A stretch of 64,000 bases of DNA from Ascidiella aspersa (taxonomy: Eukaryota): assembly GCA_963924565.1 (NCBI GenBank), contig OZ004610.1, positions 34,162,001 to 34,226,000 of the forward strand, written 5' to 3'. The notes under the pieces were generated by a model. The model did no database searches. It was given only the letters and a program-made list of their open reading frames with translations, and was not told where the DNA came from. How positions within the stretch are numbered: position 1 is the stretch's first letter; every line of letters starts with the position of its first letter. Both the position numbers and the translations under genes were made by a program. Positions 10,161-22,000 of this stretch are shown piece by piece.

Positions 10161-11140
10161 AATACCAAATTAACAGAGGATGTTCTGGAACTAGACTTGT
10201 TATTTAAAACTAAGACTTGACTTGGACTTCGGTTGTTGTCACAACTGATTTGACTTAGATAATTGAAAATAACTTGTTTACAACACTGATTGCCTACATC
10301 ATAACAAACTAAACACAAACAATTTGTAAGTTGCAATAAAAAGCACAACAATATAGACTCTCGCAACTTACTTGACCCAACACCCGTGATATTTTAAGTA
10401 AATAAGATGCACCGGTTTGAAACGACTCTAAAGAGTGCTTAGTCTCCAGTATTTCACGACAGATCAGCTTAACGAGTGTTTCATGAAAATACCATAACAT
10501 TTCATGAAATACCGTAAAAGCAGAATCAGTTCGGCGTTTCTAGGTTAAAATGTCAGAGGTTTTATAATTACCCTTAGGATTTTGGTTAGCCATGTCGTTA
10601 ATTGGGATTCTTATTGAACACCTGCTGTATGCTTCTGCCAAGCATAAGCATAGATCTACGAATCTTCTTTTATTTTGGGGTTAAGAACACTGTTCTAATC
10701 GTTGCCTGGCGTGCAACTGTTTACTCTTTGCTAAACGAGAAACAAACAAATATGCAAATACAAATGTTAGGATAGAAGTTAAAGATCTGCTGGGTTAAGA
10801 ACATTTACTTCAGTAATGTTGTAATTATAAAAGCACGACGCATTTTTATTTTATGACGCAAATAACCATTCACCTCAATTTTAATTATTGTTACATGCTT
10901 ATGGAGTAAAATCCGGACATACTTGAGAATTTGGAAACATTTTATCTAGAAATGTAAACATTTCGCTAAATTAAATATGATTGTAATATGGTTTGTGTAA
11001 TACATCAAAAGGTTGGAAACCACAGTTTTAATGTGTACAAAGGCAAAATTCGTTTAACGTAAGCTATAAAATTATATATGTAAGAAAATCATTGTCGGAC
11101 AGCTTCAGAATACTTTACGACAAATAGGCGTCGTTGTATA

Positions 11141-11299
11141 CAGGGCTGCGGAGTCGGGTAAAATAACCAGAGTCCAACTCCCGAGTCCGACTCCGGCTAA
11201 TAAAATAAACTCATGCGCACGTCGGACTCGGGTAGTTTCGCGTGGTCTTATTTGAGTCCCGAATCCGACTCTCCCGAATCCACCGAGTCCGCAGCCCTG
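11141..11299. mobile_element. hAT-type MITE, 159 bp
   Basis: 17-bp TIRs CAGGGCTGCGGAGTCGG / CCGAGTCCGCAGCCCTG with 1 mismatch. 8-bp TSD GTTGTATA / GTTGTATT with 1 mismatch. Internal GAGTCCG subrepeats. Confidence 0.85.
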
Positions 11300-12214
11300 G
11301 TTGTATTACCGCCCTCTCATCCGATCCACAGCGATACCCAATCACACATGCTTTTATTGCCGGAGATAATATTTACACGAAATGCATAGAAGCAACTTTG
11401 TGAGCTGCCTAGCACTAAACACACAACGATAGAGCCAATTCCATTAACAACGGGCACCAACCGACGTGAAAATAACAACATTCCTAATATGGAGAATATA
11501 GAATATATTACTTTATATTACGAAACAATCGCACACAGTTTGGTTTGTTACGTCACAGCACAAGAAACAATAAGAGAGACTTGAGTACGTCACAATAGCA
11601 CGGCGATTTGAAGCACGCGATTTGTAAAAACATGAAAAAAAACAAATTTATTTGAAGATGGAACCGCGCGTCGTTTGTTACGTCATACGACGCACGTACC
11701 TGAATGACGTAATAATGAATATCGACAATGATAAGAAAAGCGCGAAAATATTTGGTTAAAAATGATAAAAGCGTGAAAATAGAAATAATTAAATATATTA
11801 GTGATGATCCGATTAAGGTTCGCTTGAAACGGAAGAATTCCGGATCGCGTTATTTCATTATGACGTTATAATCGGCATTGTTCACAGTCGGACGCATGAG
11901 GGCGCACCTGAGCGTTGTATCGTGTTCTGATTGGCTGTTGAGCTCGACCAATCACGGCCCTGTATTGTGGCGGGAAGCACAATTCAAACACAGTTAGCAT
12001 GCACGAGTACGTAGAAATAAATAAAAACAATAAAAACTAGGCAGACCGCCTCTATTACGTCACACAGCCTATAGTGTTTGACACAAACAACTTGTTTGAT
12101 GACGTAATTATGGCTTTGTTACAACACTGTGACGTCATAAGAAGTGATTATTGCGAAGCGAGAATGTGGATGCTGTTACAGAACAATTGATTATATAGTA
12201 ATGTTGATCACGTG

Positions 12215-12460
12215 ATACTGTGGCTGATTACAGAAAGGGTACTCGAGGTCAACCCGAAAGGGGTTACGTCGGGTCAAAGTGTTGCGATGTACAAAACAGT
12301 TACTCAGGGTCATATTAATAGAGGTTACTCCAGGGCAAGAATGCTGTGATGTACAGAAAGGTTAACAGGAGTTACCCAAGGTCAAGGATGCTGTGGCTTA
12401 CAGATAGGTTACAAAAGGTCACCCGGATATGGGGTTACTTCGGGTCAAGGATGCTGCGGC
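12215..12460. repeat. Degenerate tandem repeat in the presumed CASZ1 3' UTR
   Basis: Recurring GATGCTGTG..TACAGAAAGGTTAC..GGGTCAA modules, about 4-5 imperfect copies. Confidence 0.65.
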
Positions 12461-12604
12461 AAAAATAGATAAAAACGATTAGAAACAACAAGCGTTGCAT
12501 AAAAAAAGGCCTATGCCGCTTTGGGAAAATAAAAGGATATTAGAAAACAAAAAAACGTCACTTTAAGTTTAAACAAACGCAAAATTATCACTTTTCGAGG
12601 GAAG

Positions 12605-12778
12605 TCGGCGTTTTAGGGGGGCAAGACACCCCTGAAAGATATAATATCTACTACAATCCGATTTCAGTGGAAAATCCGATGCTTAGGGGGGCAAAAACAC
12701 CCCCAAACAATGTTTCGTTCAAGACAATCCGATTCCGGCGGGAAATCCAGTCGTTAGGGGGGCAGGAACCCCCCCGGC
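12605..12778. repeat. ~70-bp degenerate tandem repeat (about 2.5 copies) straddling the CASZ1 stop codon
   Basis: TTAGGGGGGCA...CCCC at about 12613, 12683 and 12754; ACAATCCGATT at about 12653 and 12724. Confidence 0.7.
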
Positions 12779-13070
12779 GCGGTTCTGGGGGACAGAGAGG
12801 TTGAGCGTCTCAGAAAGATCGATCGCGTTCGAGCTCGCGCTGACTTGCATAAGTGAGGTGGGATTGAATTGTGACGTCATAACAGACGCCGCGGCGCTGA
12901 AAGTGGGGGTGGCGGGCTGCTCGGGGCTCGACGAGCTGTGATTGGTCGAATGCTGGCGAAAGGCTGCCGCACTGAACTGTGGGTAGCTGGCGGCGGCAAA
13001 AAGTGCCGACTCATCGTGACTACTGAGGTTTTGGGCTTGAGGTTGGTGAGTGATGTAATCGATTTCTTGG
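12719..13070 (-). CDS. CASZ1: CASZ1 last coding exon
   Basis: TTTCAG acceptor; frame [10 protein letters not shown]...GFPAGIGLS ending in TGA at 12721-12719. Confidence 0.75.
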
Positions 13071-16000
13071 CTGAAACAAATAAAATTTGGTAAATATTGA
13101 GAAAATATTTCAAATAAACAGGAAAAATATATAGTGGAAAATCAACAGCATTTTGTTACAAAAATTTTAAGAAACACACCTATTTATTATTTGAAATTTT
13201 AAACAATGTTGTGTTATTACATTTTGCAATTTAAATTGTAATGGCAAACCAGTAGATAAACATGTATTTCAATTTAATGCGATGAAGTAATCAACGTTTA
13301 AATCAAAGATTCTTGGGACACAAAGTTATTTGCAGAGGCGATATTCTACGACAGCTAATGAGAAAATAAGAGACGATGGAGTTAGAAAAAACGCCTTTAT
13401 CGACTAATGCAAAGTACGTTGTTGTTGCTTCAAAACATGAACTGACCCGTTAACGTGGCAGACTTTTGCGAGCAGTTCACTTCGCTTGTGCTTGTTCGAG
13501 TGTTGTTCGATTCCAGTAAGTCCAACAACTGAATAGCTGCAACCTGGTTGTAAGCAGTGGAAGTGCGACGTGTTACGCTGCCTGTCAATCAAATATAGGG
13601 GGTTACGATGCCTGTCAATCAAAAAATAAGGGGTTACGGTTCAGGGTTGGCACACAATTTTTATAAAAAATGAAAGACATTTAAACACCTAAAACTGAAC
13701 CGTTAGGCGTTTTTGTTAAATAATTAAACAAACATTAAAATGGAATAGCCAACACAACAACAAATAAATGACCAAAATAAGGGGTTACGGTTCAGGGTTG
13801 GCACACAATTTTTATAAAAAATGAAAGACATTTAAACACCTAAAACTGAACCGTTAGGCGTTTTTGTTAAATAATTAAACAAACATTAAAATGGAATAGC
13901 CAACACAACAACAAATAAATGACAACTGGTTTTATAAGCACATTTATTTTTAACATATAATTCAAGCTGCACATAAAATAAATTCAATCACTAAAGATTT
14001 TGCGAAAGATACAGGGTTTTACCAAGACTTTTCAATGCGTAGATTAACTCAAAGATACTCGTAGACGAAAGATCCAAGCATGTGGCAACCCTTCCTGTAT
14101 GCTGCGATTTGCTACAGTACTTTTATTTACAGAGATTTGCTACCGTACCTGTATTTGCAGTTGTCTCTCTTGCAGTCTTCCTTCCCTCTAAACCTCTCGA
14201 ATCCAGATTGTTCCAATGTGTCAGCTTTAAGATGTTGTCTTCTGTGAGTTCCAACCTTAGCGCTGTCAGTGCATCTGGAAAGAAATATTCCGATTAAACC
14301 AGTGTTTCTCAAAGTAGGGTAACATTTTGGTATATTTAGTAGTTGCCAGACCAAACACATATTCTTATGAAAAGTGCAAAATTTTTCACAAGAGTTTCAA
14401 TAAAAAAAATAGCACTGGATGTTTTTAAACTTCATTCAAGTTTCACATAGATTTCTCAAGTCTACTTGTTTTATGACGTCACCTCTATAAAAAATAATGT
14501 AGACACTGTACACACAAACCAAATTTATTGTTTAGAGGTTCGTTTTTAAAAAGTTCAAAAATCGTGCAGTTAAGCTATGCAAGGTGATTTTTAGAGTAAG
14601 TAGAAGTACATTGGCCAATATATGAATAGAATTATAGAAGCGCCATCAAACTTTTAACTTTTAGTTTAAACAACTTATGACAAAGTTAATTTCCCAACTT
14701 ATTGACTTAGTTATGCCAATAGAAAAAAAGTAGAGCTATTCCAGTTAATTTTTCATTTTTTTACTCACTTGAAGGTGCATCTTAGGCAGTGGAAGTGTGT
14801 GCTTGCCTTGGTGTGCTGACAACCTTCCACTCCACAATCCTGTGCTGCTTTGAACCTCTTGAAGTCATCCCTCACCAAACCCGCAACCCTCTCGTGGTGT
14901 TGCTGGTGCTTGTACATGTGCGTGCGGCCAGTGAAGCGGTAATTACAACCGTCACGTGTGCAGTGGTAGTGAGACACCTGGTGGTGGAACGACATAGAAA
15001 TCTTACACGTCGAAGGGAATAGTTTTAAATATAAAAAAATTTGGCTATTTTTGGCCAAAATTTTGCCAATTTTGATCAAATCAACAAAGTTAAATTGGTA
15101 AAATATAATTTTAATCGCGAAGAAATAAACTTGTAATGTAAGTAAGTAGCTCATTAGCTCAGTGGTCAGCTCAAACGAGATAAAAATTAAAATATTTCTA
15201 ACACAATTTAAGGTAGTTAAAACAGTAATACTTTCTTTGTTAATAAAAATGTAAAACAAAAATCTAGTTTTTTTCATAACAAAACAAAACATTTAAATTA
15301 TAAAAAAAAAAATAATAAATTGGAATTAAAACGTGTTAATTCAATTCCAAGATGATGGTGAAAAGGTAAAAATTGTAAGAAGGTGAAAAAAACCTAAACA
15401 GCGATGAATCCAGAGAAATATTTAAGGCTGAAAAATCTGACAATCGATTTTATATTTTAACACTACAAGATTATGCATAATTATTTGTATTGAGTTGGGA
15501 AAATGACATTGACCAATTACACACTGGTGTGATCTCGGAATTTTTGCTTTTAAGATTGTGTTTAGGTTAGAACACGGTTTAAGAAGGCAAATTAACAAAC
15601 CATTTAGTGGAGAATTTACGGGAAAACACTTTAGTTGAAAAACCTTTAATAGTCAGTGGTGTAGGGAGTTTATCGCGGGCGAGCACTGGTGCAATTCTTT
15701 TCTAAAGTGCGCAATCCAAAAATATAATAAAAATATTTGATATTTTACCACTAAACAGTTGTAATCAGTTATGTTAATTTGGGGGCTTAGGGAGTTTACC
15801 TTGAACAGCATTGTACACTGGGGGTCGCCACAGTTCTCCGATGATTCGAATCTCTTAAATCCATCCATGACGTCATTATTGATGCGAAACTTTGCGAACA
15901 TTGAGTCGTCGATTGGTTTGGTCAGGGTCGGTCTGAAATAATGGGAGGAATGGTTCAATAGGGAATTTTATGTGGTTTCAATCTATCTGTATTGCACTTA

Positions 16001-19000
16001 GGCAGCAAACGGCCAAAGCAATTACAATACTATAATTATGCGATGAGTATTATATGTACACAACAATAAAAATAATGAGGAGGCTGGTTTAATAGGGGAC
16101 TTTACAAAGTGGTTTCAATCTATCTGTATTGCATTTAAGCATTGTACAATTTCAAATGCTGCGCCACTTTAACAACTGGTGATGCACGAAGCCTAATCAG
16201 GACACTTAGGAACAATTTAGCAGTTTATGAAAAACTAATATTGAAAAGCTACTTCAAGTGGGAAGCAGAACATACAGTTTTATGCAAATATTTAATGCTA
16301 AAACATTCTAAATAAAAACAATTTCAACTTTGTTTAACAAACAATATAAATATGGAAAATACTTTTAACCTAAGCTAGTTGTTTTAAATAGAAAAAAAAA
16401 GAAAAATTAATACGTGCCATTGTTGCAACACAATAGCATGTGTGACGTAACACCCACCTATTGTTGGGGGTGTCCTGGTTGGGGAAAGGGGGGTACCAAA
16501 CCATTTCATCATCACCTATTTTATCGGGGGAATTCCCACTTGTAGAATAAACATCGTTGGAATATTCTAAAAAAATGAGAATAAAATTAATTTGCGCACA
16601 ACTGTTGTATTTAAATAAAAAAAGGATAACAAAAACATTACCAGAGTAATTGATAAATTATGCTAAACAATTATATTTTCAGCAAAAAAATAAAAATTAC
16701 ATTTTGAGCAATAATAAGTCGATTATTTGTTAATTTAATTTTTTAGATTATCGTCAAAATGTTGAAACTTACTCGAATTCGATTCGTTGCTGTTCGACTC
16801 AAGGTCATGGAAGGTCGAACGAAGGTCGAGGACACCTTCTTCGGATGAGACATCTGCAAAAAAATATATAGAATGAAAATATATCACCTATGGCTAGCAC
16901 AACCTTAATTCGTTGTATCTCAGTCTCAAAAAGGGAGTTGTTATCAAGATGTAGATAGAAGCATTTGGCCATAGGCCATTGATGTGTACAACGTAATCTG
17001 TTCTTTTAAGTCATAATTTTAAATAGATTTATCATTGTACACCGGGTGCATTTGGAACAAATTAACTTTAATCAGCGGGCACAGTTGACCAATTGTATAA
17101 GTGGCACAGTTGACCAATTGTATTTTCTTAAGCGCCTACAAACTTTCACAAGTGGCAATTGCTTGCAGTTTTTGAATAAGACAAATACGGCTATAAAGTA
17201 ATTCAGTTAGTCTACAAGGAAATTACGGTTTAAGTCAGTTAAGGAAATAGTTTGTAGTTAGATGTGAACCAACAAAATCAACTTATATCAAAAATGCGTA
17301 AATTAAGTAAAAAAAAATACCAAATAACGAAATAGCAACAAATCAAAGGCTTGAAAGTTCCAAAGGTCTATAGTTTAAGTTCCATTAAAGCAAGTCAAGC
17401 GACATGCTGATTACGTTACCACTAATGACGTCATTCATGCTTACCATTGACGTCACTGTATCCAGTCTGGGGAGGCGGTGGCTGCTGGTTGCTTGGCAAC
17501 GCCGGTGATGTGCGTGGTGACGTAACAATGGCGTCGTGACGTTGTGAATCGAAGGCAGACTTTCCGGCTGCGAAGAACGAAAAGGTTTTAGCATTTTGCA
17601 TTAAGGTTTAAGCGGGAATAAAACGTTGAGTATTTTATTTTATTTTATTAAGTTGTGTTAAGGTTTTAGACAAAAACGGATAAAAAACACTTTTTTTTTT
17701 AATTCAGTCAATTTACTTATTTTCGATACTTGTATCTCATATGTGAGTTTTCTTTATACAAAAGTCTCTTACCTTTAGCGATTCGCTCAAGCATAGCGAG
17801 TTGCTGCTGGCTCAACTCATGCATGAACGGGGACTTCACCTCGAAAGACGGAGGATTCTGAAAATAAAACAAAAGTTTTTCGATTGAGCAATGCTTTATT
17901 TAAATTATTGATTGTTGGTCTTGGTTAAACTTGTTAAAAGCATAAATTAAAGCAAGGCTTGTGTATCTTTTTGAGTATCGTTTGTTATAAGCAGGAATTG
18001 ACATTTTAATTTTGTAATAAAGCCTTTTCCTGTCTTCAAACAAAAATTATTTCAGGCTTAAAACAGACAATGTTCATTTAGGAAACATTTTTTGCAGTTA
18101 AAACGCTTGCGCAGGATCTCACATGAGGTTGACTCGGCTCCATAGCGACACCTGGCCGTTGCTCCATCTCGTCTGCCTCGTCCACTATGAGCGGCAGAGA
18201 GTCGTCCCCTGAATCGACGTTTGTGTGATCGATGTCACCATTCTCAGAAGGCATTTCTGCGCAAATACGACTAGAGTTAGTAAAACTATTAAAAAGCAAA
18301 CAAATTTTTTGAATATGTTAAAATATGAAAATCTAGATTCTAGAACCTGGTCGCAGTTACTTTCTAAACATTGCACTGTGAAATTACAAAACTTTCTAAA
18401 TGAGGCAACAAAAACCTTGTTTTATATAAAGACCTATTACATAAAAAAAAATTTAATTTAAAACATTTTTTAAACCGTCATGGCGTTTTGTAAGTTTTAC
18501 AAAGGGCCAACTGGATTTGCTAAATTTAAGCTTTTAATTTCAAATGTGTTATCGTTTGTTATTTGTCAGAGTTAATTAAAAAAGGTTTTACGAATTTACG
18601 GCATAAAGTTAAACCAATAAAAAACAACCGTTCAGTAAAATTAAAAAAACATTCAATAAACCAATGGGAATATATAAATAAACCAATATATAGAGTAGCG
18701 TTGAAAAAAAAGCAACTTTAAATTGATATTTAAACCACAACAAATCTCACCCATTCCATTATAGCTGCGCCCTAGCATTCTGCGCAGGTGTTTTCTGACG
18801 TGGGTTGACATCTGGTGTTTGTATTGGAATGCAAACGCACAACCTTGCCTTATACAGTGGTAGTGGCTGAAAAGGCCGTTGTACTTGCAATCTAAAGTAA
18901 CACAAAACGGTAAACGATGGAAACAAACTTTTTTACACAAAAACTACAAAAAATTAAATGTCGCTGCAGAGGTTTTACAAATGACCTATACAACCTTAAG

Positions 19001-22000
19001 GATTCGAAAAAAACTAAAGAAATCGTTAAAACTTTGCCTTTTTTTCGCAATTCTATTATCAACTTAAACAATAAGGAAAAAAAACTTCAAAATGAACTTT
19101 TAAATTTTTAACATTTAGTTTGGTATTTATAGATAACTTCCTAAGAAATATAAAATGATTTTTTTATGCAAAAAATCATTTTAAAAAGGACATATTTTTC
19201 AAAAAAAATTTCTTTGGGAGACATTAAAAAAATCTATCTCCTTAAATGGTTTAGGATCGAAGAATTAAATAATTTCTCACCGTGTTTCCCGCACTGTTCC
19301 TTCTTGGTATAATACTTGAATCCACTTGCCTCCCGCTTAGCGATCTTCTCATGTTTCTTCATGTGCCAAGGAAGCTTGGAAGTTCCGATGGTTACGAACT
19401 GACATCCAGGCTTCAAGCAGTGGTAGTGGCCCCGCAATCGAAACTCACAACTCTGCAACAAAATGCAAGGTAAAATAAGGAAGCTACAGCGGGACACGGA
19501 ACAAGGGCAGTATGAAAGAATCAGTAAAAAAAATTTATACTGAAGAAACTAGAGTTTGATTTAAGATGGGTAAAACAGAAATATTACTTCTTTGGAAAAC
19601 GGAGATTATTAAAGCAGGACCATTTACTATTTTGCCACACTGACCTAATTGATCTTGCTTAATGAAGGGGTCTACTTTATTTCTGAGATTTCGACGCAGA
19701 AATAACAATTACAGATATGACGTAGTTGATGTGGAATAATGCACAGAAACAGTTAAAAATGTTACACGATTTGGGTAAAATTAAGCCAGAATAAGCATTT
19801 CAGGACTATAAAGAGTTTTTAATAGGTTAGTGTTGGACTGCATTACTTAAACTTAAATGCATTATCAAACGAGGGAATATATAATTTAAATGTATAAACT
19901 ACTGTGTCGTACCGGATTGGGACACAGCTTCTTTACTGTGTAGCTCCGGAAACATTCTTTGGCTGCTCTCGCGTATGCTTCGAGGCTGTCGTGGGCTTGT
20001 CTGTAAAAACAGTAAAATATGAATTAATTTATAGTAAAACTACTCTATTATAATAAAAGTAGTGAGCTTGTCTAAAAAGTGAAAATGTTAAACAAAAACA
20101 TTTTATAGTACAACTACACAACTTATGTAAGAAACTTCAAAACAACACTGTCTAGATCCGCATCACTATTAAGGCAGTTTTACACTATTTTTATATTTTA
20201 CTTCTCCAAACTTTAAACTTCGATCAATGTTTTCAAAGTAAGGCCACCTAGTTACAATTGACACTTTGAAAATCTATTTTATTAAGTTGTTTTCAACGTG
20301 TGATGAATTCGACCATTTAAATAAAAAGTCAACATTTTATTTGTATCTATCCATAACGCAACACTACCTATACTATTTTTAAAGTTTAGAAAAGTTAAGA
20401 TATTATAAGATGTGAAAACACACATTATAGTCGACTTACCTGTGCGATTGCGCCTTTGCTAGCGACTTGCAGACGTATCTACATCTGTTGAGTGTGCAGT
20501 GCCAGTGGTTCTGCATTATGTACTTGCAGTCACGACGTATGCACGCCATTCTACACACAATACAAATGTTGTTGATTTGAAATCTTGTTTAGTAAGTCTA
20601 TTTCAATCTAGCGAAAAAAAGTGCAATTTTTTTGACTGATTTCAAAAAAGTATTTATGATGACACAATGTAATTTGCAGATAAAGAAACCTAAAATAAGG
20701 ATTTTATTGCTTTAATTATTTATTAGGATTCTACTCAAAACGAAATTAAGATTTTTTTTTAAGATTTGCTTAAAAAAATTTAACACTAGATTTTTTATTA
20801 AGCTACCAATAAACATAAAAATATTTTCTGTATTTATTTTTAAGGGAATTTTTTATCGAGGTTACGATTAAAGTTGAATAAGCGGGAAAATTGAAACTCA
20901 CCCAGGTCTGATGTGAATGAACGGTTCCGTATTGTTGATTCCTTGCCCACTCATCTTAGACTTCGCGAGGTTGAACTGGTTCGCTAGTGCGGACATCCCC
21001 GCACTCGATACCAGGCCCCCCGGCGCCGAGGGGAGCATCATGAAGCCCCCCTGGTTTTGGGGCGGCGCCAGGGGGTTCCCAGGGGGGTACATGAGCTTTT
21101 TTTCGGCCACCATCCGCGACAAATAGCTGTACATCGGATTATAGCTCGCCATGCTCACGTTGGGGAATTCCCCCGCCCTCGGTTCGTCGCTGACGTCATC
21201 ACTCTGCTCCATAGCGCCCCTGGTGAGCACTATGTGGTCGTTGGTGCCCCTGGAACCCTCCTGTGGGGGTCCCTGGGGGTCCTGACGCGGGGTTAGAGCG
21301 ATGTAGCCCGGTGGCGGTGAGTTGGGGCTTCCCCTGGGACTCGGTGGGTCCTGGGGGGGCAGCGGCTCGTTTTTTGGGGGTGAAAATTGTTTGGCGATCT
21401 GCTGCTCGATTCCGGATTGCTCCAATTTCTCGTGAAACCTGGAAAAATAATTGTTTTTTTTTTTAATTCTGTAAAAAAAGTTTTTTTTTCTTAATTTGAG
21501 TTTGTTTATTAAAAAATTAATTCTGGCCGAGAATATAAAATTCATCTGAGTCGTTTAATTTAAGAAGAAATGCAGCTGCTACAAAGATGTGTTGACGTCA
21601 TAATGGTATTCTCGCAGTGACGTCATAATGGCAACGCTGGTCATGTTCGGATTGTAATTTAAATAAAAAAAATCCAACATTATTGCAAGTAAATTGACAA
21701 AAAACGCATGCTGTAAAATATGGCGACGTCCCAATTAAAAGTACATTTACAGTGACCTCATAATAGTAACGCTATAACATGTTGAAATTCGTAATAAGAA
21801 TATTAAAGCCCAAACAGAAGTAGAAAGCATTTTGAACGTTTTGAATAAATCTTTATTAACTTTCAACATGAAGTTATTCCAAACGTTTAAAATGATACCT
21901 ACTTCTGTATGAGAGAATTATAGTGACGTCATAACAGAAAAGTTCGACTAGTGTGACGTGACAATGCTACTCACGCGGTGTGTGTGAGGACGAGGTTCTT

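Noticed and set aside
12877-13113. ORF-track frame for the last CASZ1 exon
   Set aside because: The phase of the upstream GTCAGT donor selects the other frame, which stays open to TGA at 12719-12721.
20898-20903. Evidence for a 5-finger short isoform by read-through of the exon 27 donor
   Set aside because: A stop follows immediately, but any phase-2 GTGAG donor produces this. No independent support without transcripts.
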